Assembly: GCF_006345805.1 (NCBI RefSeq)
Contig: NW_021834297.1
Span: 1 to 50,404, forward strand
Origin: Octopus sinensis
Lineage: Eukaryota
Direction of reading: 5' to 3'
Length of the DNA stretch: 50,404 nt
This document shows, piece by piece, positions 25,047 to 37,300 of this stretch. Position numbers and translations under genes: made by a program. Positions within the stretch are counted from its first letter, which is position 1. Each line of letters opens with the position of its first letter. The notes under the pieces were generated by a model. That model was not told the DNA's origin. It made no database searches and was given only the letters and a program-made list of their open reading frames with translations.

Positions 25047-25089
<43 letters not shown>

Positions 25090-25269
25090 TTATATATATA
25101 TATATATATATACAGGGAGAAAGATAAATAGATATTTATATATATGTATCTATCTACTGCTTATATATTTATATATATAAATATATATATATATATACGC
25201 ATATATTAAAATAGTGTACAATTAAACATAAAAGAAAACTACTAGGAATTTACTATAAGAAGCATCGAA

Positions 25270-28200
25270 GTTCATATGTGGGCATCGTTAGAAACCTTTT
25301 CAACGTATGCTAATTTATTAAGACCACTTTGAGCAAAAAGCTACACACATTTACATAAAAGTAGAGTCAACATTATGAATGCGGGTGTCACCCCAATGCG
25401 AAGCCGTGATTCGTTAGTTTTGTCCTATCACGTGAGCAATAGTTTAAGGAGCCGTCGAGCGAGTGGTGAATATTCCCGCCGTTATCTATTGTTACTATCA
25501 TCTTGACCGTTATCCCAACGTAGACAATATAAGCACAGGTGAAGTTTTGTAATCATTAGTTGTCAGTCAGCCGAGGTGAGCGGGTTACCCATCCTGATCA
25601 CCACTTGCTCTTTTGTTGTCAGTTATTAATTCGGAGTCATCCAGATCACCGCGTGCTTTTTTCGTAAGGAAATCATTCTGTATTCTACTGTTTGTGTAAG
25701 TGCAATTTTACAATATGTTCCATAGTTATTTAAATTATTATTTCTAGTAATAATCCAGTTTCCTATATTCGTCTCAGACATTTTCTTCATTGACTTTATA
25801 GCGAAAGTTTACATAGACTGAATTAATTCTTCGAGTTAAATATGTATTTTAGCCCCAGATGTTTTTCGATTACATGATTTCCACGGGTGAAAACCCAGTC
25901 TTCATAAAAGTGTGAAATATTCGCAGGATCTTTGAATGCATCTTCAAGGAATTCTTTTTATAATATATGATGATATTTTGAATAGATTTTGCTGTAATTT
26001 CGCGTAAAACATCCCCTTTCGTTTAGATTTATTCACTGAATTATTCTTAATTAATTACACACCTGCACAAACACACTAAAACTCTTTAAAACATCTAACG
26101 AAATATGTTCATAATGGGATATTTTTCTTGTCCTTATAAAACTATAATTCTAATTTACTCTACGAGTTAATGTTGTGAACGTTTGCAATATATGTCTTGC
26201 TATTTTTACGCAGAATTACAATATCAAAAAATGTCGAAAAATATATACGCAACACGATAACTCGTACTTTCTTAAAATGTAAACAAATCCATTTTTTCAC
26301 TTTGCGGAGATTTGCTTGAATTCACCTTGCAACTGCGTTCAATAATTCAAGTATATATATATATGTTTCAGATTGTTTTGAATAGTTTAAATTAGTAATT
26401 TGTTTTCATGAATGCCTATGGATTTATAATTTTAAAGGGATCTTTTATACGCACATATAGGCCAAAACGTAAAACTATATTTCTAATTTACTCTACGAGT
26501 TAATGTTGTGAACGTTTGCAATATATGTCTTGCTATTTTTACGCAGAATTACAATATCAAAAAATGTAGTAAAATATATACGCAACACGATAACTCGTAC
26601 TTTCTTAAAATGTAAACAAATCCATTTTATACACTTTGCGGAGACTTGCTTGAATTCAGCTTGCAACTGCGTTTAATAATTCTAGAATATATATATATGT
26701 TTCAGATTGTTTTGAATAGGTTAAATTAGTAATTTGTTTTCATGAATGCCTATGGGCTTATAATTTTAAAGGGATCTTTTATACGCACATATAGGCCAAA
26801 ACGTAAAACTATGTTTCTAATTTACTCTACGAGTTAATGTTGTGAACGTTTGCAAAATATGGCTTGTTATTTTTTACGCAGAATTACAATATCAAAAGAT
26901 GTAGTAAAATATATACGCAACACGATAACTTGTACTTTCTTAAAATGTAAACAAATCCATTTTATACACTTTGCGGAGATTTGCTTGAATTCAGCTTGCA
27001 ACTGCGTTCAATAATTCTAGTATATATATATATATATATGTTTCAGATTGTTTTGAATAATTTAAATTAGTAATTTGTTTTCATGAATGCTTATGGGTTT
27101 ATAATTTTAAAGGGATCTTTTATACGTAAATATAGGCCAAAACGTAAAACTATATTTCTAATTACTCTACGAGTTAATGTTGTGAACGTTTGCAAAATAT
27201 GGCTTGTTATTTTTTACGCAGAATTACAATATCAAAAAATGTAGTAAAATATATACGCAACACAATAACTCGTACTTTCTTAAAATGTAAACAAATCCAT
27301 TTTATACACTTTGCGGAGATTTGAATGCGGGTGTCACCCCAATGCGAAGCCGTGATTCGTAAGTTTTGTCCTATCACGTGAGCAATAGTTTAAAGAGCCG
27401 TCGAGCGATTGGTGAATATTCCCGCCGTTATCTATTGTTACTATCATCTTGACCGTTATCCCAACGTAGACAATATAAGCACAGGTGAAGTTTTGTAAAT
27501 CATTAGTTGTCAGTCAGCCGAGGTGAGCGGGTTACCCATCCTGATCATCACTTGCTCTTTTGTTGTCAGTCACTAATTCGGAGTCATCCTGATCACCGCG
27601 TGCTTTTTCCGTAAGAAATCATTCTGTATTCTACTGTTTGTGTAAGTGCAATTTTACAATATGTTCCATAGTTATTTCAATTATTAATTCTAGTAATAAT
27701 CCAGTTTCCTATATCGTCTCAGACATTTTCTTCATTAAATTTATAGCGAAAGTTTACATAGACTGAATTAATTCTTCGAGTTAAATATGAATTTTAGCCC
27801 CAGATGTTTTTCGATTACATGATTTCCACGGGTGAAAACCCAGTCTTCATAAAAGTGTGAAATATTCGCAGGATCTTTGAATGCATCTTCAAGGAATTCC
27901 TTTAATAATATATGATGAGATTTTGAATAGATTTTGCTGTAATTTCGCGTAAAACATCCCCTTTCGTTTAGATTTATTCACTGAATTATTCTTAATTAAT
28001 TACACACCTGCACAAACACACTAAAGCTCTTTAAAACATCTAAAGAAATATGTTCATAAAGGGATATTTTTGTTGTACTTATAAAACTATATTTCTAATT
28101 TACTCTGCGAGTTAATGTTGTGAACGTTTGCAATATATGGCTTGTTATTTTTTACGCAGAATTACAATATCAAAAAATGTAGTAAAATATATACGCAACA

Positions 28201-31200
28201 CAATAAGTCGTACTTTCTTAAAATGTAAACAAATCCATTTTTTCACTTTGCGGAAATTGCTTGAATTCAGCTTGCAACTGCGTTCAATAATTCTAGTATA
28301 TATATATGTTTCAGATTGTTTTGAATAGTTTAAATTAGTAATTTGTTTTCATGAATGCCTATGGATTTATAATTTTAAGGGATCTTTTATACGCACATAT
28401 AGGCCAAAACGTACAACTATATTTCTAATTTACTCTACGAGTTAATGTTGTGACCGTTTGCAAAATATGTCTTGCTATTTTTACGCAGAATTACAATATC
28501 AAAAAATGTAGTAAAATATATACGCAACACGATAACTCGTACTTTCTTAAAATGTAAACAAATCCATTTTATACACTTTGCGGAGACTTGCTTGAATTCA
28601 GCTTGCAACTGCGTTTAATAATTCTAGAATATATATATATGTTTCAGATTGTTTTGAATAGGTTAAATTAGTAATTTGTTTTCATGAATGCCTATGGGCT
28701 TATAATTTTAAAGGATCTTTTATACGCACATATGGGCCAAAACGTAAAACTATGTTTCTAATTTACTCTACGAGTTAATGTTGTGAACGTTTGCAAAATA
28801 TGGCTTGTTATTTTTTACGCAGAATTACAATATCAAAAGATGTAGTAAAATATATACGCAACACGATAACTTGTACTTTCTTAAAATGTAAACAAATCCA
28901 TTTTATACACTTTGCGGAGATTTGCTTGAATTCAGCTTGCAACTGCGTTCAATAATTCTAGTATATATATATATATATGTTTCAGATTGTTTTGAATAAT
29001 TTAAATTAGTAATTTGTTTTCATGAATGCTTATGGGTTTATAATTTTAAAGGGATCTTTTATACGTAAATATAGGCCAAAACGTAAAACTATATTTCTAA
29101 TTTACTCTACGAGTTAATGTTGTGAACGTTTGCAAAATATGGCTTGTTATTTTTTACGCAGAATTACAATATCAAAAAATGTAGTAAAATATATACGCAA
29201 CACAATAACTCGTACTTTCTTAAAATGTAAACAAATCCATTTTATACACTTTGCGGAGATTTGAATGCGGGTGTCACCCCAATGCGAAGCCGTGATTCGT
29301 AAGTTTTGTCCTATCACGTGAGCAATAGTTTAAGGAGCCGTCGAGCGATTGGTGAATATTCCCGCCGTTATCTATTGTTACTATCATCTTGACCGTTATC
29401 CCAACGTAGACAATATAAGCACAGGTGAAGTTTTGTAAATCATTAGTTGTCAGTCAGCCGAGGTGAGCGGGTTACCCATCCTGATCATCACTTGCTCTTT
29501 TGTTGTCAGTCACTAATTCGGAGTCATCCTGATCACCGCGTGCTTTTTCCGTAAGGAAATCATTCTGTATTCTACTGTTTGTGTAAGTGCAATTTTACAA
29601 TCTGTTCCATAGTTATTTCAATTATTAATTCTAGTAATAATCCAGTTTCCTATATTCGTCTCAGACATTTTCTTCATTAAATTTATAGCGAAAGTTTACA
29701 TAGACTGAATTAATTCTTCGAGTTAAATATGAATTTTAGCCCCAGATGTTTTTCGATTACATGATTTCCACGGGTGAAAACCCAGTCTTCATAAAAGTGT
29801 GAAATATTCGCAGGATCTTTGAATGCATCTTCAAGGAATTCCTTTAATAATATATGATGAGATTTTGAATAGATTTTGCTGTAATTTCGCGTAAAACATC
29901 CCCTTTCGTTTAGATTTATTCACTGAATTATTCTTAATTAATTACACACCTGCACAAACACACTAAAGCTCTTTAAAACATCTAAAGAAATATGTTCATA
30001 AAGGGATATTTTTGTTGTACTTATAAAACTATATTTCTAATTTACTCTGCGAGTTAATGTTGTGAACGTTTGCAATATATGGCTTGTTATTTTTTACGCA
30101 GAATTACAATATCAAAAAATGTAGTAAAATATATACGCAACACAATAAGTCGTACTTTCTTAAAATGTAAACAAATCCATTTTTTCACTTTGCGGAAATT
30201 TGCTTGAATTCAGCTTGCAACTGCGTTCAATAATTCTAGTATATATATATGTTTCAGATTGTTTTGAATAGTTTAAATTAGTAATTTGTTTTCATGAATG
30301 CCTATGGATTTATAATTTTAAAGGGATCTTTTATACGCACATATAGGCCAAAACGTACAACTATATTTCTAATTTACTCTACGAGTTAATGTTGTGGCCG
30401 TTTGCAAAATATGTCTTGTTATTTTTACGCAGAATTACAATATCAAAAAATGTAGTAAAATATATACGCAACACAATAACTCGTACTTTCTTAAAATGTA
30501 AACAAATCCATTTTTTTCACTTTGCGGAGATTTGTTTGAATTCAGCTTGCAACTGCGTTCAATAATTCTAGTATATATATATATATGTGTGTTTCAGATT
30601 GTTTTGAATAGTTTAAATTAGTAATTTGTTTTCATGAATGCTTATGGGTTTATAATTTTAAAGGGATCTTTTATACGCACATATAGGCCAAAACGTAAAA
30701 CTATATTTCTAATTTACTCTACGAGTTAATGTTGTGAACGTTTGCAATACATGTCTTGTTATTTTTTACACAGAATTACAATATCAAAAAATGTAGTAAA
30801 ATATATACGCAACACAATAACTCGTACTTTCTTAAAATGTAAACAAATCCATTTTATACACTTTGCGGAGATTTGCTTGAATTCAGCTTGCAACTACGTT
30901 CAATAATTCTAGTATATATATATGTTTCAGATTGTTTTGAATAGTTTAAATTAGTAATTTGTTTTCATGAATGCCTATGGGTTTATAATTTTAAAGGGAT
31001 CTTTTATACGCACATATAGGCCAAAACGTAAAACTATATTTCTAATATACTCTACGAGTTAATGTTGTGAACGTTTGCAATATATTTGTTGTTATTTTTA
31101 GGCAGAATTACAATATCAAAAAATGTAGTGAAATATATACGCAACACGATAACTCGTACTTTCTTAAAATGTAAACAAATCCATTTTATACACTTTGCGG

Positions 31201-31360
31201 AGATTTGCTTGAATTCAGCTTGCAACTGCGTTCAATTATTCTAGTATATATATATATGTTTCAGATTGTTTTGAATAGTTTAAATTAGTAATTTATTTTC
31301 ATGAATGCCTATGGGCTTATAATTTTAAAGGGATCTTTTATACGCACATATAGGCTAAAT
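25270..31360. repeat. Higher-order tandem array (A + 4B) x3, period 1946/1940 bp; A is ~770 bp (promoter/exon-1 unit), B is ~335 bp
   Basis: A marker GAATGCGGGTGTCACCCC at 25377, 27323 and 29263. B marker (ttt)actct(a/g)cgagttaatgttg occurs 12 times between about 26150 and 31050. Confidence 0.95.
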
Positions 31361-32436
31361 CGTAATAATGATTTAAGACCTTTCTGCTTCGATGTTGCAT
31401 GTAACTTGTTGAATATGTGTCGATGGTTATCGCAAATTATGACCTCCCATATTCTTAATAGTGTAAGACAAAGCTGTTGTCTTCTGTGTAAATACCATGC
31501 AAATAGGTTAGTCTCAAATGTTCGGTGTCTTCTCTAAGATGTGTATATATGTATGTAATTATGTAAAGCTGTAAATAGTGAGAGAAATGTAGTAAGATCA
31601 AATTTATTCAAACAGGAATTTATTATATAGTGACAATACTGTTGCAGATTTCAAGATCCATACATTATTTACGATTTATTATTATTATTATTTTGTTTCT
31701 CTGCGCGTGTATTTATGAGTATGAGAGCGAAAGATTTTAACGTTGTATATGTAACGTTCATTCAAAATTCTGTGTGTAATTTATATGAAAATAATATTAA
31801 TGCAAATCTGTTTTTACGTATCAAAGTGTCTATATACATATAGTTATATTTATAAGTTTGAACGTATGCATGATCTGATATATTTCTGTGCAACGGTTTA
31901 TATCAAACAAATACAACTCAGCTTAGCCATGTATGTTTTTAAAGTTACAAATTTCGGTGGAAAGTTATTTAATACATTTGAAATGGAATTTAGAATAAAA
32001 GTTTTTTTTGGAATACACCAATATGTTGATAACATGCAAAATATATGTTGAAATATATAGAATATGTATATATATATATATAGAAAAAGGAAGCAAAGTT
32101 TGAGTATATTTGAATGTGTTTATATATCTGACACCCCACCTCCCCTCCCTTCATCTCTCACTTAATTTCTCTCATACCTCCTGCCCACCTCTACACTCCC
32201 CTCTTGCCCTGACTCACGTTTCCAATCTTACCTCCTGCTCACTCTGTTACTCCATCGATACCCATTTTGTCCACAAACCCACACCCCACCCTTGGATTTT
32301 CTGATCCAAAATCTCTACAGCCACACACCGAAGCAAAACGCAGAAGACTTTCTCACCTTCCCGAGCGTTAAAATATACCACAACTATTACAGGTGTTTGT
32401 TGTTTCCACACCTGCCTTTTCCTTCTCTTTAATTTT

Positions 32437-32464
<28 letters not shown>

Positions 32465-32472
<8 letters not shown>

Positions 32473-32890
32473 ATATAAAAGAGGAAAAAACTTGCACACT
32501 TTGGTTTTGGTAAGGATTCAATGGGACTAGACGTACCAGGGTCGAGCTGAAAATTGGCGGGGATACTAAAGGTGTAGTGAGGATGCGACCCGCGGTGGTT
32601 AAAATTCGAAAGATATAAGGATGTGGTTGCTATGGCAAAAAGAGTGATTTTTTTTTCTATATTTCAGCTTTCAGAAATAGATACGTTGTAAGGGGAACAA
32701 CTCAGTAGTTTCAATGATTACATTTACAAGTAACGACTGTACATAAATATCAAGATTACTTGTCTGTTGCGAAATTACATTTTCGCGAGTGAGTGTGTAC
32801 ATGTGCGTGTGTGTGAGTGCGTGCATACGAGCGCTAGAGTTTGCTGTTAATTCAATCGAACATAAAGAAATCAAACTAGTAGTAAAAAAA
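32465..32890 (+). mobile_element. Second copy of the 22975-23460 repeat
   Basis: Direct alignment. Confidence 0.6.
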
Positions 32891-33144
32891 GCAATTAATA
32901 ATTTTAAGAATAATTTCACCAAACCTGATAGTATAAAAGGTAGCATAGCATGATAAAAGATAATCTATATAAAGCTGACGTTGTCAGTGTGTGTGGGCAG
33001 GTTTGCTAGCCTTCAACTAACACTATCTCCCCTTAGACCCTGCGGCGAAAGTTGAACAAAATTGAGAGTATGATAGTAGAAGGCTCGCTCTTCATTCCGT
33101 ACGAGATAAAATTCAAATCGGACAATATTAAGACCAAACATTAT

Positions 33145-33358
33145 TTACATCAAAAAGGTGCTTTTCTTCTATGAAAATGCCTATTTTGTACGATTTTTGA
33201 CTGCTGTATCGCCATTTTTCGGTGTATGTCAACCAGAAATATGTTCACTTAAAGAGAATAACAAGCTACATAATGCAAAATGTTTACTTTTCAAAAATTC
33301 CAATTCTAAAGGGTCGGAAAGAAAACAAGCCAGAGCAACGCCGGGCTATACTGCTAGT
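33145..33358 (-). mobile_element. 5' fragment of a Helitron-like element
   Basis: Reverse complement begins ACTAGCAGTATAGCCCGGCGTTGCTC, as at 22011. Confidence 0.55.
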
Positions 33359-33478
33359 ATATATATATAAATGTATGAATGTATAAGCCTTGAAAAGTAA
33401 AAGAGCTAAACTACATCAAACGTGTCTATATTATCTACCTCGACCAGTACAGCCCACCTTGAACACTGCGATAGTGAT

Positions 33479-33536
33479 CTGAACAAGGGGAGATAATAAA
33501 AATAGAAGCATTCGTTTATTATCTCCCCTTGTTCAG
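33479..33536. other. Perfect 22-bp inverted repeat with a 14-nt loop, inside a 15-bp outer inverted repeat
   Basis: CTGAACAAGGGGAGATAATAAA (33479-33500) / TTTATTATCTCCCCTTGTTCAG (33515-33536); outer arms 33460-33474 and 33572-33586 match at 14 of 15. Confidence 0.9.
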
Positions 33537-33955
33537 GCCCTTCGACGTAACGGAGCATTTTTTGGTAGAAGCTATCACAGTGTTCATGTGTTATTTCATC
33601 GAACTTTTCAGTTATCAGTTGGTGGGCTCTACGAGTTGGGTAAGATATACATGTATTCTCTTACGACTGATGTAGTTTAACTCCTGTTTTTCAAAGGCTT
33701 GAGCACCAATTGAAAAATTCAAATTATATTTTAAAGAATCCAAATTAAATCGAAAACATCTATATTAATCAAATTATTATTCAGTTTTTCACACTTATTA
33801 TTCTAAATTTATATATATGTATATATATATATATATGCAAATCCATATAAATACATATATGTGTATATATATATGTATGCAAATGCATATAAATACATAT
33901 ATATATATATTTATTCAAATATATATATATAAATCAATATGCATATATATATATA

Positions 33956-33962
33956 TGACTCA
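33956..33962. promoter_or_regulatory. AP-1-type site TGACTCA in intron 1 of paralog B
   Basis: Positional homolog of 3946-3952. Confidence 0.4.
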
Positions 33963-34209
33963 GGGGAGACAATCGAATTGTTCCTATGTACAAAATTTTT
34001 TTTAGTAAATTATACAGTGATCTTTAAAAAATTATAATTATTCAGAATAAATATGTTGCAATTATTCTAAATGTATTCATTCCTCTTAACCGAAATTCTT
34101 TCCAAGTTTTGCTGACCAATTTCTACTTCTATTTTCATAACATATTTGAATTTAAATATCAATTTTCAGATCCGAGTTTGAAGTTATTTCTCTAAAAGTA
34201 GCATAAAGA

Positions 34210-34296
34210 ATGGAGACTCTAGGAGCAACAGGATATCAGTCGTACTATCAATTCAGTCCATCGGACTATTACGACCAGCCGGTATTTGAGGAAGCG
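34210..34296 (+). CDS. Paralog B first coding exon (METLGATGYQSYYQFSPSDYYDQPVFEEA); the exon starts at acceptor 34170
   Basis: 87 nt, donor GCG|GTAAGT, homologous to 3707-3621. Confidence 0.8.
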
Positions 34297-34583
34297 GTAA
34301 GTTTTTATTATTGCACTTACACACACACACACATACACATACACATACACACATGATCCATAGCTATTACTATGATAATAATTGTTCTGCAATGGGGTGT
34401 TTATTTTATCTGCAGATAATGATCACAATTTGAGTCATTAATTCGTATCCCTTACTTCCAATTTTCCAGTTCAAATATTATTCCTTAAAATCACCGTAGA
34501 AATACATATTTATAAACAAAAAACTTATTATTATCTATATTTCATAAATTATAAAAAAACATATGTATTTTATAACATTACAG

Positions 34584-34620
34584 GTTTATGAAGATTGTGT
34601 AGAATATCCTGTTTTCGATG
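34584..34620 (+). CDS. Paralog B 37-nt exon (VYEDCVEYPVFD+1 nt)
   Basis: attacag acceptor and G|GTGAGT donor; the phase matches the next exon. Confidence 0.8.
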
Positions 34621-35019
34621 GTGAGTACAATTTTAGTACTATTATCTAACGTATAATGATATCATTTTCGGATCACTAATCCAAATGATATGGATGGTAA
34701 TCAATGATATACGTCTCTTGTATTTCAGGATCGTGTGTTAGGATTTGAGATTATTACCACCATTACTATTAAACTATTAATGTTTGGTTTCTGATCTTCT
34801 TAATTTTACTTTTTATTTTTCGTTATTTTTATATACTAATTTTCTCTTTTTACATTCTATTCTGATTAATATGTTATATCATACATTAATTATTACTTTT
34901 ACTTCATTATTATCTTCATTGATGTTGTTGTTATACGAAACGATATGATTAAGCATATAATTTACTGTATTATGTTTGCTGGTGTTTCTAACATTATGTT
35001 CATCTCTATTTCTACATAG

Positions 35020-36662
35020 GTACGAATATCGATTATAGTCCAGGTGCTCAAGGAATTGATCTGTATAATGGAACGTTAAATTCATGCAACGATTACGAAA
35101 ATGGCTATGAAGATTATTTAAGAATACTGAACAATAATCAATTGATGGATACATATGAACATTATGAGAATGAACAAATATGTGCATATGCTGACAATCC
35201 ACTAGAGATTAATCATTCGCAGGAAGAAATCTTTGGCGAATTCAACGTTCCAAATTCAGTCGAAAGCCAGAGGACAACATGTGATATAAACTATATTATT
35301 TCTACATATGGACAAAGTTTTGCCTTCTTTTGTAAAATCTGTTTAGAGAGAAGTGAGATATCGAAAGAGAGTTCCGATAACCCTCATCAGTGCGCTGGTT
35401 CGATAGCTCATTATTGGGAATCCACAAAAGTGTTACAGTGTATTACCCAGTCAGTTATGATTACGATTAGGAAACCATTTACTGTAAGAAAAGAGGCGTC
35501 CTATTCAATTTGTACTGCAGGTTCTTTCTGCACCAAAAATTGTGTACTTATGCTCACAGTGAAGTTGAAAGAGACGTATGGCGCCTTGAAAGGGATGAGG
35601 GAATTGGGCAGGAAAGACTGGTGGAAGTTTGTAAGGCTTTCCAATGCAGGGATCCATCAGATGACAACGAGCAGCTAGATATGTCTGATATAGAAACGGA
35701 GGACCTCAGTGATGATGCTGACAGACAGAGAAGACACGTTTCAAAAATTCATAACGATGATTCCTTTGGCTTCAGCAATGCACAAAACTCGAGATTAACA
35801 ATAAATAATTTGAAACTGCATGATAAAAAATTAGATACCAGTAATACATTGGCGTTTAAATCTGAGGATGTTCTTACCAATGCAGCAACGATTCACCCAA
35901 TTGGGCGTGTGGTTTATTATACATTAAAACCATCTTGTAGAAATGGAGAAAATCATCGACATCCACGCTTTATACCTCGGGAAAACCTCCCCCGAAGACC
36001 TCCTTATTCCCGGGAAGATGTAACTAAGGTATTTGAGAAGAATGGGCATAATAATAAAATATCCCGCAGATCGTTAGCTGAGAAAACTACGTCAGATTAC
36101 AATGGGAATCATGGAGTGTGCATCGGAAAGAATGAAATCCCAGGAAGAGTAACTTTACTCCGAAGACCATCCGATGTCACTGAAAAGAATGAAAATCCTG
36201 TTGATATTTTAATTTCGAATGACACATTTGCTACATCTGAACATCAGACACCCGTTTCTGCAGAAAACGGTGGGGTTGACCCGAATTCGTTTGATTGGCC
36301 ACAAAGTTCCAATTCATATTGTAACTCATTCTCAGTACCCGAAAGTAATAAATATCTTCTTGACTATATGACTATAAAAGACAGCGTGGAAACTAGAGCA
36401 AGTGATAATGAGTGTACACGTCTTCGTAAGTCATGGCTTTGTGCAACTTATTTGCTAGACTCTTCCAATGATAAACAAGATAAGGAGATCAATGGTTCGT
36501 GTATTGGTGAGAATAAAGAAGTATGTGATAGACCTACACAGAAAGAAGAGACGCCTGATGAGGAAAGTGATATTGATGAATGGAAAATGCTGAGTCGTGA
36601 GACGTTTCATGAGGCGTTTCTCGGACTTAATCCAGCATATTATACAAAAGAATTGGCTGATG
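35020..36662 (+). pseudogene. Paralog B main exon, ZC3H7-like CCCH protein with an apparent 1-nt frameshift (pseudogene or assembly error); about 590 aa if repaired
   Basis: ORF 35142-35678 aligns to paralog A up to SICTAGSFC; ORF 35510-36673 aligns from CTYAHSEVERDVW onward. One extra A in the A5 run (35535-35539) restores C-x5-C-x4-C-x3-H. Donor G|GTAAGT follows 36662. Confidence 0.8.
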
Positions 36663-37295
36663 GTAAGTGGTAAATTAAATTGCATCATATTGAAAGAGGT
36701 GTTTGGAGGTCTGATATTTCTTTGAGTGATACATTCCTTACAATCTTGTTTTCAATTCAATCCCAATCCTCCTTTATAAATGTTAGCATTATAGTAACAT
36801 CGAAGTAAATAAAATATAAAAGGAAAAAAAAGACAGACACAATTAGTTTCATAATCCTAATTTCTTAGATTAGCTACATATATCCTTTAGTCTGAGACGC
36901 CTATTTGTGTGTCAAAATTTCCAATTTTCTCAGCATGACTTTCTGAGATAATCTTCCCAATAATTATGGGTTTAAGAATTAAATCTGCCATAGGTTTACG
37001 TGAAAATTTAAAGATAAAGCTAATATTTTCCATTTTGTTTGATATTTAAAATTGTTTAAGATATAACATTGAATCATAATCTTACACTGTTCTCTGCCTT
37101 TCTCTACTTACATATCTATCTATCTATCGTTTTAAAAGTCAGTCTCTCTCACCCCCTCTCTCTCTACCTCTCTTTCCATACACACACAAATGCAAATCAT
37201 GCACGTATTTGAATTGAAAGATTGAAATAAAATTATTCCCACTTTTTTCTCTGTGTATTGTGTACTAATCCCTACATTGTTTCTTGAATTTTCAG

Positions 37296-37300
37296 ATTAG
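37296..37300 (+). CDS. Possible terminal exon start of paralog B (completes Asp, then TAG)
   Basis: Acceptor gtttcttgaattttcag; the phase-1 join gives an immediate stop, echoing the short coding tail in paralog A's last exon. Confidence 0.3.

Noticed and set aside
26002-26453. Possible Kolobok-type TIRs (TTAA|AGGGATCTTTTATACGC versus GCGTAAAACATCCCCT) in the satellite
   Set aside because: The match is short and gapped, there is no TTAA on the right side, and unit A is better explained by homology to paralog A's exon 1 and intron 1.
26190-31100. Repeated acceptor-like sites TTTTTACGCAG in the B units
   Set aside because: No convincing downstream donor within the unit, so I cannot support cassette exons.
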